Shown here: positions 23,320 through 31,776 of the stretch, piece after piece
Numbering within the stretch: the stretch's first letter is position 1
Layout of the letters: the number at the start of each line of letters is the position of its first letter
Assembly: GCA_049968255.1 (NCBI GenBank)
Contig: JBMFRB010000008.1
Coordinates: 32,001 to 96,000 of the forward strand
DNA length: 64,000 nt
From: Candidatus Sumerlaeaceae bacterium
Lineage (GTDB): Bacteria > Sumerlaeota > Sumerlaeia > Sumerlaeales > Sumerlaeaceae
Direction of reading: 5' to 3'
The notes under the pieces: model-generated
What the model saw: the letters and a program-made list of their open reading frames with translations, nothing else
Database searches by the model: none
Told to the model about the DNA's origin: nothing
Made by a program: the position numbers and the translations under genes

Positions 23320-23859
23320 TCACTGCTCATTTGTCGCCGGGGAAGATTGTGCTTCCTGAAGCTGAGCTTTGAGACGTTTGATTTCGTCGCGCAGGCGCGC
23401 CGCCAGCTCGAAATCTTCCCGGCGCACGGCCACCTCCAGCCGGCGCTGGAGATCGCGGATGGCCAACCGCGGCTCAACCATCGCAGCGTCTTTTTCCGGC
23501 GTACGGCCGCAATGCTGCACCGCTCCATGGTAGCGGCGCAAATCATGCACCACAGCCGCCTCGAATGCCGAGTAGCAGTCGCTACAACCAAGGAACAACG
23601 TCTCGCGATAGCTGCGCAGCGGAAGCCCGCACGTCGGACACTGGCGATCTTGCTCCTCGCTGTGCCGCGCCGCTTGCTCTCCCTCCTTCTTTATGAGCGC
23701 CGACAATATCGCTTGCGGTGTCATTTGAAAAGGATAATGGCTACGCCGGCTTGCGCAACGCGAGCAAAGCCACATCTCTCGCACTTGGCCCTTTACGAGC
23801 TTCGACACTTTCACCGTTGCTGGAGCTTTCTTGCAAATCATGCACTTTCTCTCGTCCAT
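23320..23859 (-). CDS. mcsA: McsB activator McsA
   Basis: Four CxxC motifs plus C-terminal UVR domain (EDFELAARLRDEI), directly upstream of mcsB. Confidence 0.92.
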   Translation of the reverse strand: MDERKCMICKKAPATVKVSKLVKGQVREMWLCSRCASRRSHYPFQMTPQAILSALIKKEGEQAARHSEEQDRQCPTCGLPLRSYRETLFLGCSDCYSAFEAAVVHDLRRYHGAVQHCGRTPEKDAAMVEPRLAIRDLQRRLEVAVRREDFELAARLRDEIKRLKAQLQEAQSSPATNEQ

Positions 23860-23946
23860 CGCTCAAGCCCTCTTCCGGCGCGACACAGCAACTTTGTCGC
23901 GAATTCTGGTTATAATTACCCCAATGGAAGCAATCTCACACAACTG

Positions 23947-25071
23947 TTATATGCCGGATCCCACCCCGCCAAGCGGCAGATCTGCACGCGCCTCGAGTTC
24001 GACATAGCGCTGGGGCGCCACCTCGCGCAAGTGCCACGCCAGCCCCGCAATCATGGCCGCGTTATCCGTGCAAAGAATTGGCGGCGGGAAAACTGCACGC
24101 ACAGCCGGCAAATAGTCGCGCACTGCCGACCGCAGCCGGCTGTTGCAGGCCACGCCTCCGACGATGGCCAGCTCCTTCAAATCAAATGCGTTGAGCGCAG
24201 CCGCCGACTTGCGCAAAAGCACCTCCACCACCGCTTCCTGAAACGAAGCACAAAGGTCCGCAACTAACTGCTCGTCGCGCTTGAGCTTTTCTGGCCCCAA
24301 CTCATGCACGATCTTGGCCACGGCTGTTTTCAGACCGCTAAAGCTGAATTCGAACGAGTCGACATCCAGCATGGGGCGAGGCAAAGCGAAACGCTGCCGA
24401 TCACCCTCACGCGCCCACTTGTCCACCACGGGCCCGCCGGGGTAACCCAGGTCGAGCAATTTGGCAACCTTGTCGAACGCCTCACCGGCTGCGTCGTCCC
24501 TCGTCTCACCCAGTAGCTCGAAATGTTGCGGATCGTGCACAAGGATAAGGCTTGTGTGTCCTCCGGACACAACCAGCCCAAGGAACGGGTAGTGGAGCGG
24601 CTCCTTCGAACCAAGCGCCACGTGCTCCGTCGCCTCGGCCTCTGTGCTTTCTACGCGCTCGGCGCTTCCATACACAACGATATTTTTCGTTCTCTGGCCA
24701 ACGTTGCACAGCAACGGCGCATACAAATGCGCCGCAATGTGATGAACAGGAATGAGTGGCTTGCCCACGCAAAACGCCAATGACTTCGCTGTCTCTACGC
24801 CGACAAGCAGCGCCCCGATCAAGCCCGGCCCTTGCGTCACAGCAATGGCATCCACATCGCCCAGCGCTAGTCCTGCCGAATCCAGCACGTCCTCGATCAT
24901 CGGCGCCAGCAGCTGCAAGTGTGCGCGCGAAGCCAGTTCCGGCACAACGCCCCCAAACCGCTCGTGCAACTTCACTTGCGACGCCACGTGATTCACGAGC
25001 ACGTCGCGCCCATCGCGGACAAGTGCCACGGACGTTTCATCGCATGATGTTTCAATTCCTAGAATGATCAT
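23947..25071 (-). CDS. tsaD: tRNA N6-adenosine threonylcarbamoyltransferase TsaD
   Basis: ILGIETSCDET, GGVVPELASRAH, HHIAAH, VSGGHT, DDAAGEAFDKVA, TDNAAMI. Confidence 0.96.
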   Translation of the reverse strand: MIILGIETSCDETSVALVRDGRDVLVNHVASQVKLHERFGGVVPELASRAHLQLLAPMIEDVLDSAGLALGDVDAIAVTQGPGLIGALLVGVETAKSLAFCVGKPLIPVHHIAAHLYAPLLCNVGQRTKNIVVYGSAERVESTEAEATEHVALGSKEPLHYPFLGLVVSGGHTSLILVHDPQHFELLGETRDDAAGEAFDKVAKLLDLGYPGGPVVDKWAREGDRQRFALPRPMLDVDSFEFSFSGLKTAVAKIVHELGPEKLKRDEQLVADLCASFQEAVVEVLLRKSAAALNAFDLKELAIVGGVACNSRLRSAVRDYLPAVRAVFPPPILCTDNAAMIAGLAWHLREVAPQRYVELEARADLPLGGVGSGI

Positions 25072-25197
25072 TGTGTTCGTCCGCTTCTCCTCGATAACTG
25101 CCCCTCCGCTGCATCGGCCTCTCCCCTTCGGCATCTTTCTTGCACATACAGCGTTGCAAATGATTTGGTCGAACAAAACAGACACGGAGTCATCGCC

Positions 25198-26316
25198 ATG
25201 AAATGGGCATGGAAAATTGGCCGATGGGCTGGCATTGATGTTTACATTCACGTGACGTTCGTCGTCTTGCTAGCTGCCTTAGCATTCGTGAACTGGCTCG
25301 GCTCGGGGAGCCTCACGGCAGCGCTTTATGCCACACTGTTCCCCGCCCTTATCTTCCTTTGCGTACTGCTTCACGAGTTTGGCCATGCACTAGCAGCCAA
25401 ACGCTTTGGCATCCCCACTCGCGACATCACCCTTTATCCCATTGGTGGTGTAGCCCGGCTCGAGCGGATGCCCGAGAAGCCCGCCCAAGAACTCGTCGTC
25501 GCTCTCGCCGGACCCATGGTCAATGTCATCATCGCAGCCGCACTCTATTTCTTCCTCGCAAACACACGCGGCTTCCAGCCCGTCGAGACTCTCACCCTCA
25601 GCTCTGGCAGTCTCCTCCAGCGCCTCATGATCGCCAACATGATGCTCGTGGGCTTCAACCTGCTGCCCGCATTCCCGATGGATGGCGGACGTGTTCTGCG
25701 TGCGTTGCTCGCCTCCTTGCTCGATTATGTCCGCGCCACACACATCGCAGCCTCCATTGGCCAGGCCATGGCCCTGCTCTTCGCTTTCGTCGGAATCACC
25801 GGCGGCAATCCCTTCCTGCTGTTCATTGCGTTCTTTGTCTGGATCGGCGCTTCGCAAGAATCAAGCATGGTCCAGATTAAAACCGCTCTTGCCGGCATAC
25901 CGGTTTGGCGCGCTATGATCACAGACTTCCGCGCCCTCACCCCACAGGATTCGCTTGCAGCCGCAGCCGACCTCATCATCGCGGGAACACAGCAAGATTT
26001 CCCCATCGTCGAAAACGGCAAGGTCGTGGGAATCCTCACGCGTGCCCAACTTATTGAAGGGCTAACAAAGTTCGGTCCCGACGCATCCGTGAGCAACGTG
26101 ATGCAGCGCGACTTTATCACGCTCGAACCCACGGAAATGCTCGAAACGGCCTTCGCCAAATTGCAAAGCTGCGAATGCCGTACGGTGCCTGTCGTTATGA
26201 AGGGGCGCCTCGTGGGGATCGTCACGCCCGACAACGTCGGCGAGTTTCTCATGATCCAATCCGCACTCAGCCATAGGCCAGCCCCTGCCTTCCCCCAGTG
26301 GGGCCCACAGGAGTAA
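25198..26316 (+). CDS. Site-2 protease (M50) with two CBS domains
   Basis: HEFGH zinc motif, FNLLPAFPMDGGR, C-terminal CBS pair. Confidence 0.93.
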   Translation: MKWAWKIGRWAGIDVYIHVTFVVLLAALAFVNWLGSGSLTAALYATLFPALIFLCVLLHEFGHALAAKRFGIPTRDITLYPIGGVARLERMPEKPAQELVVALAGPMVNVIIAAALYFFLANTRGFQPVETLTLSSGSLLQRLMIANMMLVGFNLLPAFPMDGGRVLRALLASLLDYVRATHIAASIGQAMALLFAFVGITGGNPFLLFIAFFVWIGASQESSMVQIKTALAGIPVWRAMITDFRALTPQDSLAAAADLIIAGTQQDFPIVENGKVVGILTRAQLIEGLTKFGPDASVSNVMQRDFITLEPTEMLETAFAKLQSCECRTVPVVMKGRLVGIVTPDNVGEFLMIQSALSHRPAPAFPQWGPQE

Positions 26317-26612
26317 GTGTTACCCCGCCAGGGGCAAGCATCCGCGCTCCACACCACGCAGGGAGACCTTCAACGACAGGGCGGGCCCTTGTCTTTGCCA
26401 TCGTTCCCGCGGAAGCTATCCACTCTTACCGTAAAAAGTTTAGTCACCACTTGGTGGGAGCTGGTACGCCTTGCGAGGTCTCTATCAACACCCACCTGCG
26501 GCGAGCGTGAGAGCTACCATGCTAAGTCGCACCCGTGCCTAGGTCTAAAGCCTTGCCGCAAAGCCTCATGACCCTACGGGACACTGGCGACCAAAGCGGA
26601 GTGGTTTTGAAG

Positions 26613-26652
26613 GCGCATCGTTGGTGCTTTTTGTGCGGCACAATTGGAGCGC
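26613..26652 (+). promoter_or_regulatory. Two NtrC-like enhancer sites upstream of glnA
   Basis: GCGC-N7-GTGC (26613-26627) and GCAC-N7-GCGC (26638-26652), each one mismatch from GCAC-N7-GTGC. Confidence 0.6.
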
Positions 26653-26699
26653 GACGGGGAAGATAAAAGAATACTGCTTGAATTTTTGGTACTTGCATA

Positions 26700-26716
26700 T
26701 TGGCGCAAGTTTTGCT
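26700..26716 (+). promoter_or_regulatory. Sigma54 (-24/-12) promoter of glnA
   Basis: TTGGCGCAAGTTTTGCT: GG-N10-GC with TGGC and TTGC flanks, about 110 nt before the start. Confidence 0.8.
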
Positions 26717-26828
26717 TTCCCAGCAAAAATGTTGCGGCGCCTTGCCGAATGTGGGTAGGCTCGAAAAAGAGCTTCGCTTTTCGCAAGGAGATGCTTCAAC
26801 AATCTAAGGAAAGAAACGAGGTTCAGTG

Positions 26829-28283
26829 ATGGCGAAATTACCAGAATCGACTGCGACACCGAAGACGCCGAAGGACGTCTTGAAGTTGGCCGCGGAGCAC
26901 AATGTTGTGGCGGTAGATTTCAAGTTTATGGACTTGCCAGGACAATGGCAGCATCTTACCGTTCCGATTTCGCAATTAGATGAGTCAAGCTTTGAGGACG
27001 GATTTGGTTTCGACGGTTCCTCAATCCGCGGCTGGTGCGAGATCAACGAAAGCGATCTCCTGCTGTTGCCTGATCCGGAAACCGCCTTCATCGATCCCTT
27101 CACTGCCCATCCCACGCTTTCGCTCATTTGCAACATTCTTGACCCCATCACAAAGGAGCGTTATAGCCGCGATCCGCGCAGCACAGCTGTCAATGCGGAG
27201 AACTATCTGAAGTCCACGGGTATTGGCGATGTTGCGTATTTCGGTCCAGAGCTGGAGTTCTTCATTTTCGATAGCGCCCGCTTTGCTGCAGCGGCCAACG
27301 GCTGCTTCTATGAAATCGACAGCGACGAAGGCATCTGGAACAGCGGCCGCCCGAACCAGCCGGGCAATCCCAACCTGGGGTGGCGTCCGCGCCACAAAGA
27401 GGGCTACTTCCCAGTGCCACCGATCGATCAGCTGCAAGACCTACGCACCGAGATGATGCTGAACTTGATGAAATGCGGCATCGAGGCCGAGGCGCAACAC
27501 CACGAAGTGGCCACAGCGGGCCAGGCCGAAATCGATATGCGATTCGCGCCGCTCGTGAAAATGGGCGATCAGTCGCTATTGTTCAAGTACATCATCAAAA
27601 ATACGGCAAAGAAGTTCGGCAAAACGGTGACCTTTATGCCGAAACCGCTGTTCGGCGACAATGGCAGCGGCATGCACGTGCACGTCTCGATCTGGAAAAA
27701 TGGGAAAAACCTCTTCGCCGGCAACCAGTACGCAGGACTGAGCGAAATGGCGCTGTACTTTATCGGCGGCCTGCTGAAACATGCTCCGGCGCTGCTTGCC
27801 TTCACCAGCCCGACAACCAACAGTTACAAGCGACTTGTGCCAGGATACGAGGCACCCGTGAACCTGGCTTACTCTCAGCGCAACCGAAGTGCGGCAATCC
27901 GCATTCCGATGTATTCGGCAAGCGAGAAGGCTAAGCGCATCGAATTCCGTCCGCCGGATCCTTCGTGCAATTTCTACTATGCCTTTGCGGCAATCCTGAT
28001 GGCGGGTTTGGACGGTATCCACAACAAAATCCATCCAGGCGAGCCGCTGGATAAAAACATCTACGATCTTCCTCCGGAAGAATTGAAGAAAGTGCCGCAG
28101 GTGCCGGGCTCGCTGGATAGAGCACTTGACGCGCTCGAACGCGACCACGAATTCCTGCTCAAAGGCGACGTGTTTACGGAGGATGTGATCCAAGCCTACT
28201 TGACCTACAAGCGCAAGAACGAGGTCGATCCAGTCAGGCTGCGACCCCATCCGTATGAATTCGTGCTCTATTACGACATCTAA
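26829..28283 (+). CDS. glnA: Glutamine synthetase type I
   Basis: [52 protein letters not shown]; adenylylation loop NIYDLP. Confidence 0.98.
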   Translation: MAKLPESTATPKTPKDVLKLAAEHNVVAVDFKFMDLPGQWQHLTVPISQLDESSFEDGFGFDGSSIRGWCEINESDLLLLPDPETAFIDPFTAHPTLSLICNILDPITKERYSRDPRSTAVNAENYLKSTGIGDVAYFGPELEFFIFDSARFAAAANGCFYEIDSDEGIWNSGRPNQPGNPNLGWRPRHKEGYFPVPPIDQLQDLRTEMMLNLMKCGIEAEAQHHEVATAGQAEIDMRFAPLVKMGDQSLLFKYIIKNTAKKFGKTVTFMPKPLFGDNGSGMHVHVSIWKNGKNLFAGNQYAGLSEMALYFIGGLLKHAPALLAFTSPTTNSYKRLVPGYEAPVNLAYSQRNRSAAIRIPMYSASEKAKRIEFRPPDPSCNFYYAFAAILMAGLDGIHNKIHPGEPLDKNIYDLPPEELKKVPQVPGSLDRALDALERDHEFLLKGDVFTEDVIQAYLTYKRKNEVDPVRLRPHPYEFVLYYDI

Positions 28284-28315
28284 GCCAAGTGTGTGTGGCG
28301 TGACTCCCTTCCGCT

Positions 28316-28357
28316 CATGCGGCCGATGGCAGAAGAGCCATCGGCCGCATGTCTTTT
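28316..28357 (+). terminator. Rho-independent terminator after glnA
   Basis: Perfect 15-bp stem CATGCGGCCGATGGC/GCCATCGGCCGCATG followed by TCTTTT. Confidence 0.88.
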
Positions 28358-28624
28358 GGGGAGGCAGGGCCCCTGCCTAGCAACGGGAGTACTGGCGGCT
28401 AAAGTCAACGCCCCGAAGCCTGAGCTCAGTCGCTGTCGCGCGCTTACCCCTTTGCGCTAACACCGCGGGGATGCCCGAGCAGACCTCATTTTCTCTCCCT
28501 TTTCTTCCTCTGGCTATTTTGCCCACCGATTTAGCTTGCGAACACGATTTGGCTTTGTGTGGTTTCGCCATATGCGTTCCCTTCTCAAGGGAAAGCACGG
28601 CATTCGTTTGGGAGGTTTGATCCG

Positions 28625-30586
28625 GTGGCAAACCACGAAAAGAACACACCGCCCGAACCTGGCTATCCCGCGATGTCGGGATGGTGGTGGGTTCCGACCC
28701 TTTATTTTGCGCAGGGCATTCCCTATGTCATCGTCACGCAGGTTTCTGTGCCGCTATACAAACGCTTCGGAATTAGCAACGCCGATATAGCCTGGTACAC
28801 GAGCCTTCTCGGCCTCGCGTGGGTCGTGAAGCCGTTATGGGGACCGCTTGTCGATATGTACTGGACCAAACGCAAGTGGGTGCTCCTCACACAAGCGCTC
28901 ATGGCGATTGGCTTGGTCGGCGTTTCCGCAATTCTGCCCACGCCAGCGCCCCTGTGGTGGTATGGCTCCCTGGCCATTTTCGCAGTCATCTCCTTTGCTT
29001 CGGCCACACACGACATCGCCGCCGACGGCTATTATATGCTGGCTCTGGACCCGCACCGGCAGGCCCTATTCAATGGATTGCGCTCAACCTTTTGGCGCCT
29101 CTCGATGATTATCGGCACCGGGGTGCTGGTGATCATCGCAGGCCTGGTGGAAAGCAACAGCGGTCCAACCCCTGTCGTCGTGCAAATTGCCGCCGTGGCG
29201 AAAGGTCAGAGCTCAGCTGCGCCCAAGGTGGCGCCGCCGCAGGGAGGAGACTTTGCGAGAGTGGAGCCACCCACCAACCCGATCGAGGCCGGAACAACAG
29301 CTCCCATGGCAATACGATTGGCCAAGGCGCCAGACAATGGGCGGACTGTTGCCGTGAGCGTCTCCCTCGCACCATCGAAATGGTGGTATTTCTTCTTCCC
29401 CGTCGGCGATGAAGCGAACGTCAAAGTGGAAAAGGGCGACCGGCTAGAGTTCGGACCAAACAACTGGGACAAACCGCAGCTCGTCGAAATCCACGTGCAC
29501 AAGAACTTGAACAAACCAATCCTCGTGAACCTGCGCGTAGCTGCCGGAAACATCCCGCTGGCGTGGGCTATTTGCATCGGCGTGGTGGGAGCCGTCTACC
29601 TGTTGCTCTGGCTCTACCACACGCTCGTCATGCCCAAACCAGCGCTTGACGTTCTACGCAAACCCGAGGGAGCGTCGTTTATCCATTCCGCGGCTTGGCT
29701 ATTTGTGGCCGTGGGAGTCCCCGCACTTCTCTACTATCTCCTCTTTAATTTTCTCCAGCCACTTTTGGTGTCGGTACTGCCAGCAGAACATCGCACCAAC
29801 GACCAATGGAAGAGCCTGATGAGCTTCGTCACGTTCGTGCTCATTGTTTGTGGCGCAGGAATCCTTCTGCTGATTCCGCATGTCGGCCACGCGGCCGCCA
29901 AGCTCTTCACCGTGTGCTCTGAAAAGAGCCGTATTGGTTTTGCGGAGGTCTTTGCGTCGTTCTTCCGCAAGAAAGGCATAATGCGGATGCTGGCGTTCCT
30001 CATGCTTTACCGCCTGGCCGATGCTATGCTTGTCAAGATGATCACACCCTTTATGTTCGATCCGACAGAGAAAGGTGGCCTGGGCCTGAGCACCGCGCAG
30101 GTCGGCTTTGCCTACGGAACCATTGGAGTGCTCGGCCTGCTCCTGGGTGGCATCGTGGGGAGCATTTACGCAGCAACCCATGGCTTGGCGAAAGTGCGCC
30201 TCGTGATGTGTCTCTTCATGAACATCCCAATTCTGCTTTTCGTCCTCTTGGCTAAGTACCAGCCGCCCTTCCACATCGTGATGGTATCCGTGTTTGTCGA
30301 GCAGTTCGGTTACGGCTTCGGTTTCTCCTTCTATATGCTCTACATGCTCTACATCGCGGGGCAGGGCGAGCACAAAACGAGTCACTACGCACTTTGCACA
30401 GGTTTCATGGCGCTCAGCTTCCTGATTCCCGGCATGGTCAGCGGCATCATTCAGGAACTCATGGGACACTACTACGAGTTTTTCCTACTCGTTTTGGCGC
30501 TTTCCAGCCTAAGCTTCTTGGTCACTTTCATCATTCCGGTGGATCCAGAGTTCGGGAAGAAGAAGAAACAGCCCGTGGCCGCCTAG
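28625..30586 (+). CDS. AmpG-family MFS transporter with inserted soluble domain
   Basis: WVPTLYFAQGIP, KPLWGPLVD, SATHDIAADGYY, YRLADAM, HYALCTGFMAL; GTG start with GGAGG. Confidence 0.85.
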   Translation: MANHEKNTPPEPGYPAMSGWWWVPTLYFAQGIPYVIVTQVSVPLYKRFGISNADIAWYTSLLGLAWVVKPLWGPLVDMYWTKRKWVLLTQALMAIGLVGVSAILPTPAPLWWYGSLAIFAVISFASATHDIAADGYYMLALDPHRQALFNGLRSTFWRLSMIIGTGVLVIIAGLVESNSGPTPVVVQIAAVAKGQSSAAPKVAPPQGGDFARVEPPTNPIEAGTTAPMAIRLAKAPDNGRTVAVSVSLAPSKWWYFFFPVGDEANVKVEKGDRLEFGPNNWDKPQLVEIHVHKNLNKPILVNLRVAAGNIPLAWAICIGVVGAVYLLLWLYHTLVMPKPALDVLRKPEGASFIHSAAWLFVAVGVPALLYYLLFNFLQPLLVSVLPAEHRTNDQWKSLMSFVTFVLIVCGAGILLLIPHVGHAAAKLFTVCSEKSRIGFAEVFASFFRKKGIMRMLAFLMLYRLADAMLVKMITPFMFDPTEKGGLGLSTAQVGFAYGTIGVLGLLLGGIVGSIYAATHGLAKVRLVMCLFMNIPILLFVLLAKYQPPFHIVMVSVFVEQFGYGFGFSFYMLYMLYIAGQGEHKTSHYALCTGFMALSFLIPGMVSGIIQELMGHYYEFFLLVLALSSLSFLVTFIIPVDPEFGKKKKQPVAA

Positions 30587-30609
30587 CAACGGCGCTGCGA
30601 TACCGTTGG

Positions 30610-30653
30610 GGCAGGCTTGCCACCCGATGTGCAGGGGGCAAGCCTGCCTTTTT
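30610..30653 (+). terminator. Rho-independent terminator after the MFS gene
   Basis: GGCAGGCTTGCC...GGCAAGCCTGCC stem plus TTTTT. Confidence 0.8.
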
Positions 30654-30933
30654 CGCAGGACACATTCCCGGCAAACGGTAGGAGCCTACCTCGCGCATGT
30701 CCAAACGTTTTTTGGTGCGAGCGTCGGCTTCACTCGCGTTGGGCCACTAGCCCTGTCGGTACGCCCCCCACTGTGAGGGAGGAAAGTCACTTCTTTACCT
30801 AGTCGACACAGCCCTTGCTGGCATGCATCCTCTTGTCCCCCTTTGGATTTTTCCTTTTGCGTACGTGTACGGCAACAGTGCTTCATCTAGCTCACGGATT
30901 CGCCACAGAGCAACCTCAGAAGGAGCTAGCGAG

Positions 30934-31776
30934 ATGGCCGTGACGCAAAAACGGACGCTGACGCTGGGCCATAGCCCTGACCCCGATGACGCCTTCATGT
31001 TTTATGCGCTCGCGAAGGAAAAAATAGACACGCGAGGTTGGCGCTTTGAACATATCCTGCAAGATATACAAACACTCAATGAGCGCGCCATGCGGGGCGA
31101 GCTCGACATTACGGCAATTTCCATTCACGCCTACGCCTACGTGGCAGATAAGTACGCCCTTCTCGCGAGCGGGGCAAGCATGGGATTGCGCTACGGCCCA
31201 ATGGTCGTGGGCCCCAACCCGCTAACGCTCGACGAGCTCAAGCGCACCACGATCGCCGTCCCCGGCACCATGACCTCCGCCTTTCTCACGCTGCGCCTGG
31301 CGATTGGCGACTATCCCTATGAGGTCGTGCCGTTTGATCGCATTATCGAAGAAGTGGTCAAAGGCCGCTTCGCAGCCGGCCTCATCATCCATGAGGGGCA
31401 ACTCACTTATGCGGCGGCGGGTCTGGTGAAAGTTCTCGACCTGGGCGAGTGGTGGTGGGAAAAGACACGACTTCCGCTTCCCTTGGGAGGCAATGTGGTG
31501 CGCCGAGATCTGGGCGCGCAGGCAATCGCCGAGATCTCTCAGATCTTACGCGAAAGCATCCGTTATGGACTCGAACACCGCGCAGAGGCAGTGAACTATG
31601 CGCTGCAATGGGCACGTGATATGGGCTTCGAGCTGGCCGATCAGTTCGTAGGAATGTACGTCAACGAGCTGACGCTCGACTATGGTCAAGCCGGCCGCCA
31701 GGGCGTGGAAAAATTCCTCACCATGGCGGCCGAACATGGCTACGTGCCGGAGCACCCGAAACTCGAATTCGTCTAG
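30934..31776 (+). CDS. mqnD: 1,4-dihydroxy-6-naphthoate synthase (futalosine pathway)
   Basis: GHSPDPDDAFMFYAL, IIHEGQLTY, DLGEWW, LPLPLG, MYVNE. Confidence 0.9.
   Translation: MAVTQKRTLTLGHSPDPDDAFMFYALAKEKIDTRGWRFEHILQDIQTLNERAMRGELDITAISIHAYAYVADKYALLASGASMGLRYGPMVVGPNPLTLDELKRTTIAVPGTMTSAFLTLRLAIGDYPYEVVPFDRIIEEVVKGRFAAGLIIHEGQLTYAAAGLVKVLDLGEWWWEKTRLPLPLGGNVVRRDLGAQAIAEISQILRESIRYGLEHRAEAVNYALQWARDMGFELADQFVGMYVNELTLDYGQAGRQGVEKFLTMAAEHGYVPEHPKLEFV

Noticed and set aside
30779-30788. GAGGAAAGTC, resembling the RNase P RNA P4 motif
   Set aside because: The next base is A rather than C, there is no matching 3' ACAGAA.CCGGCTTA motif, and there is too little room before mqnD.
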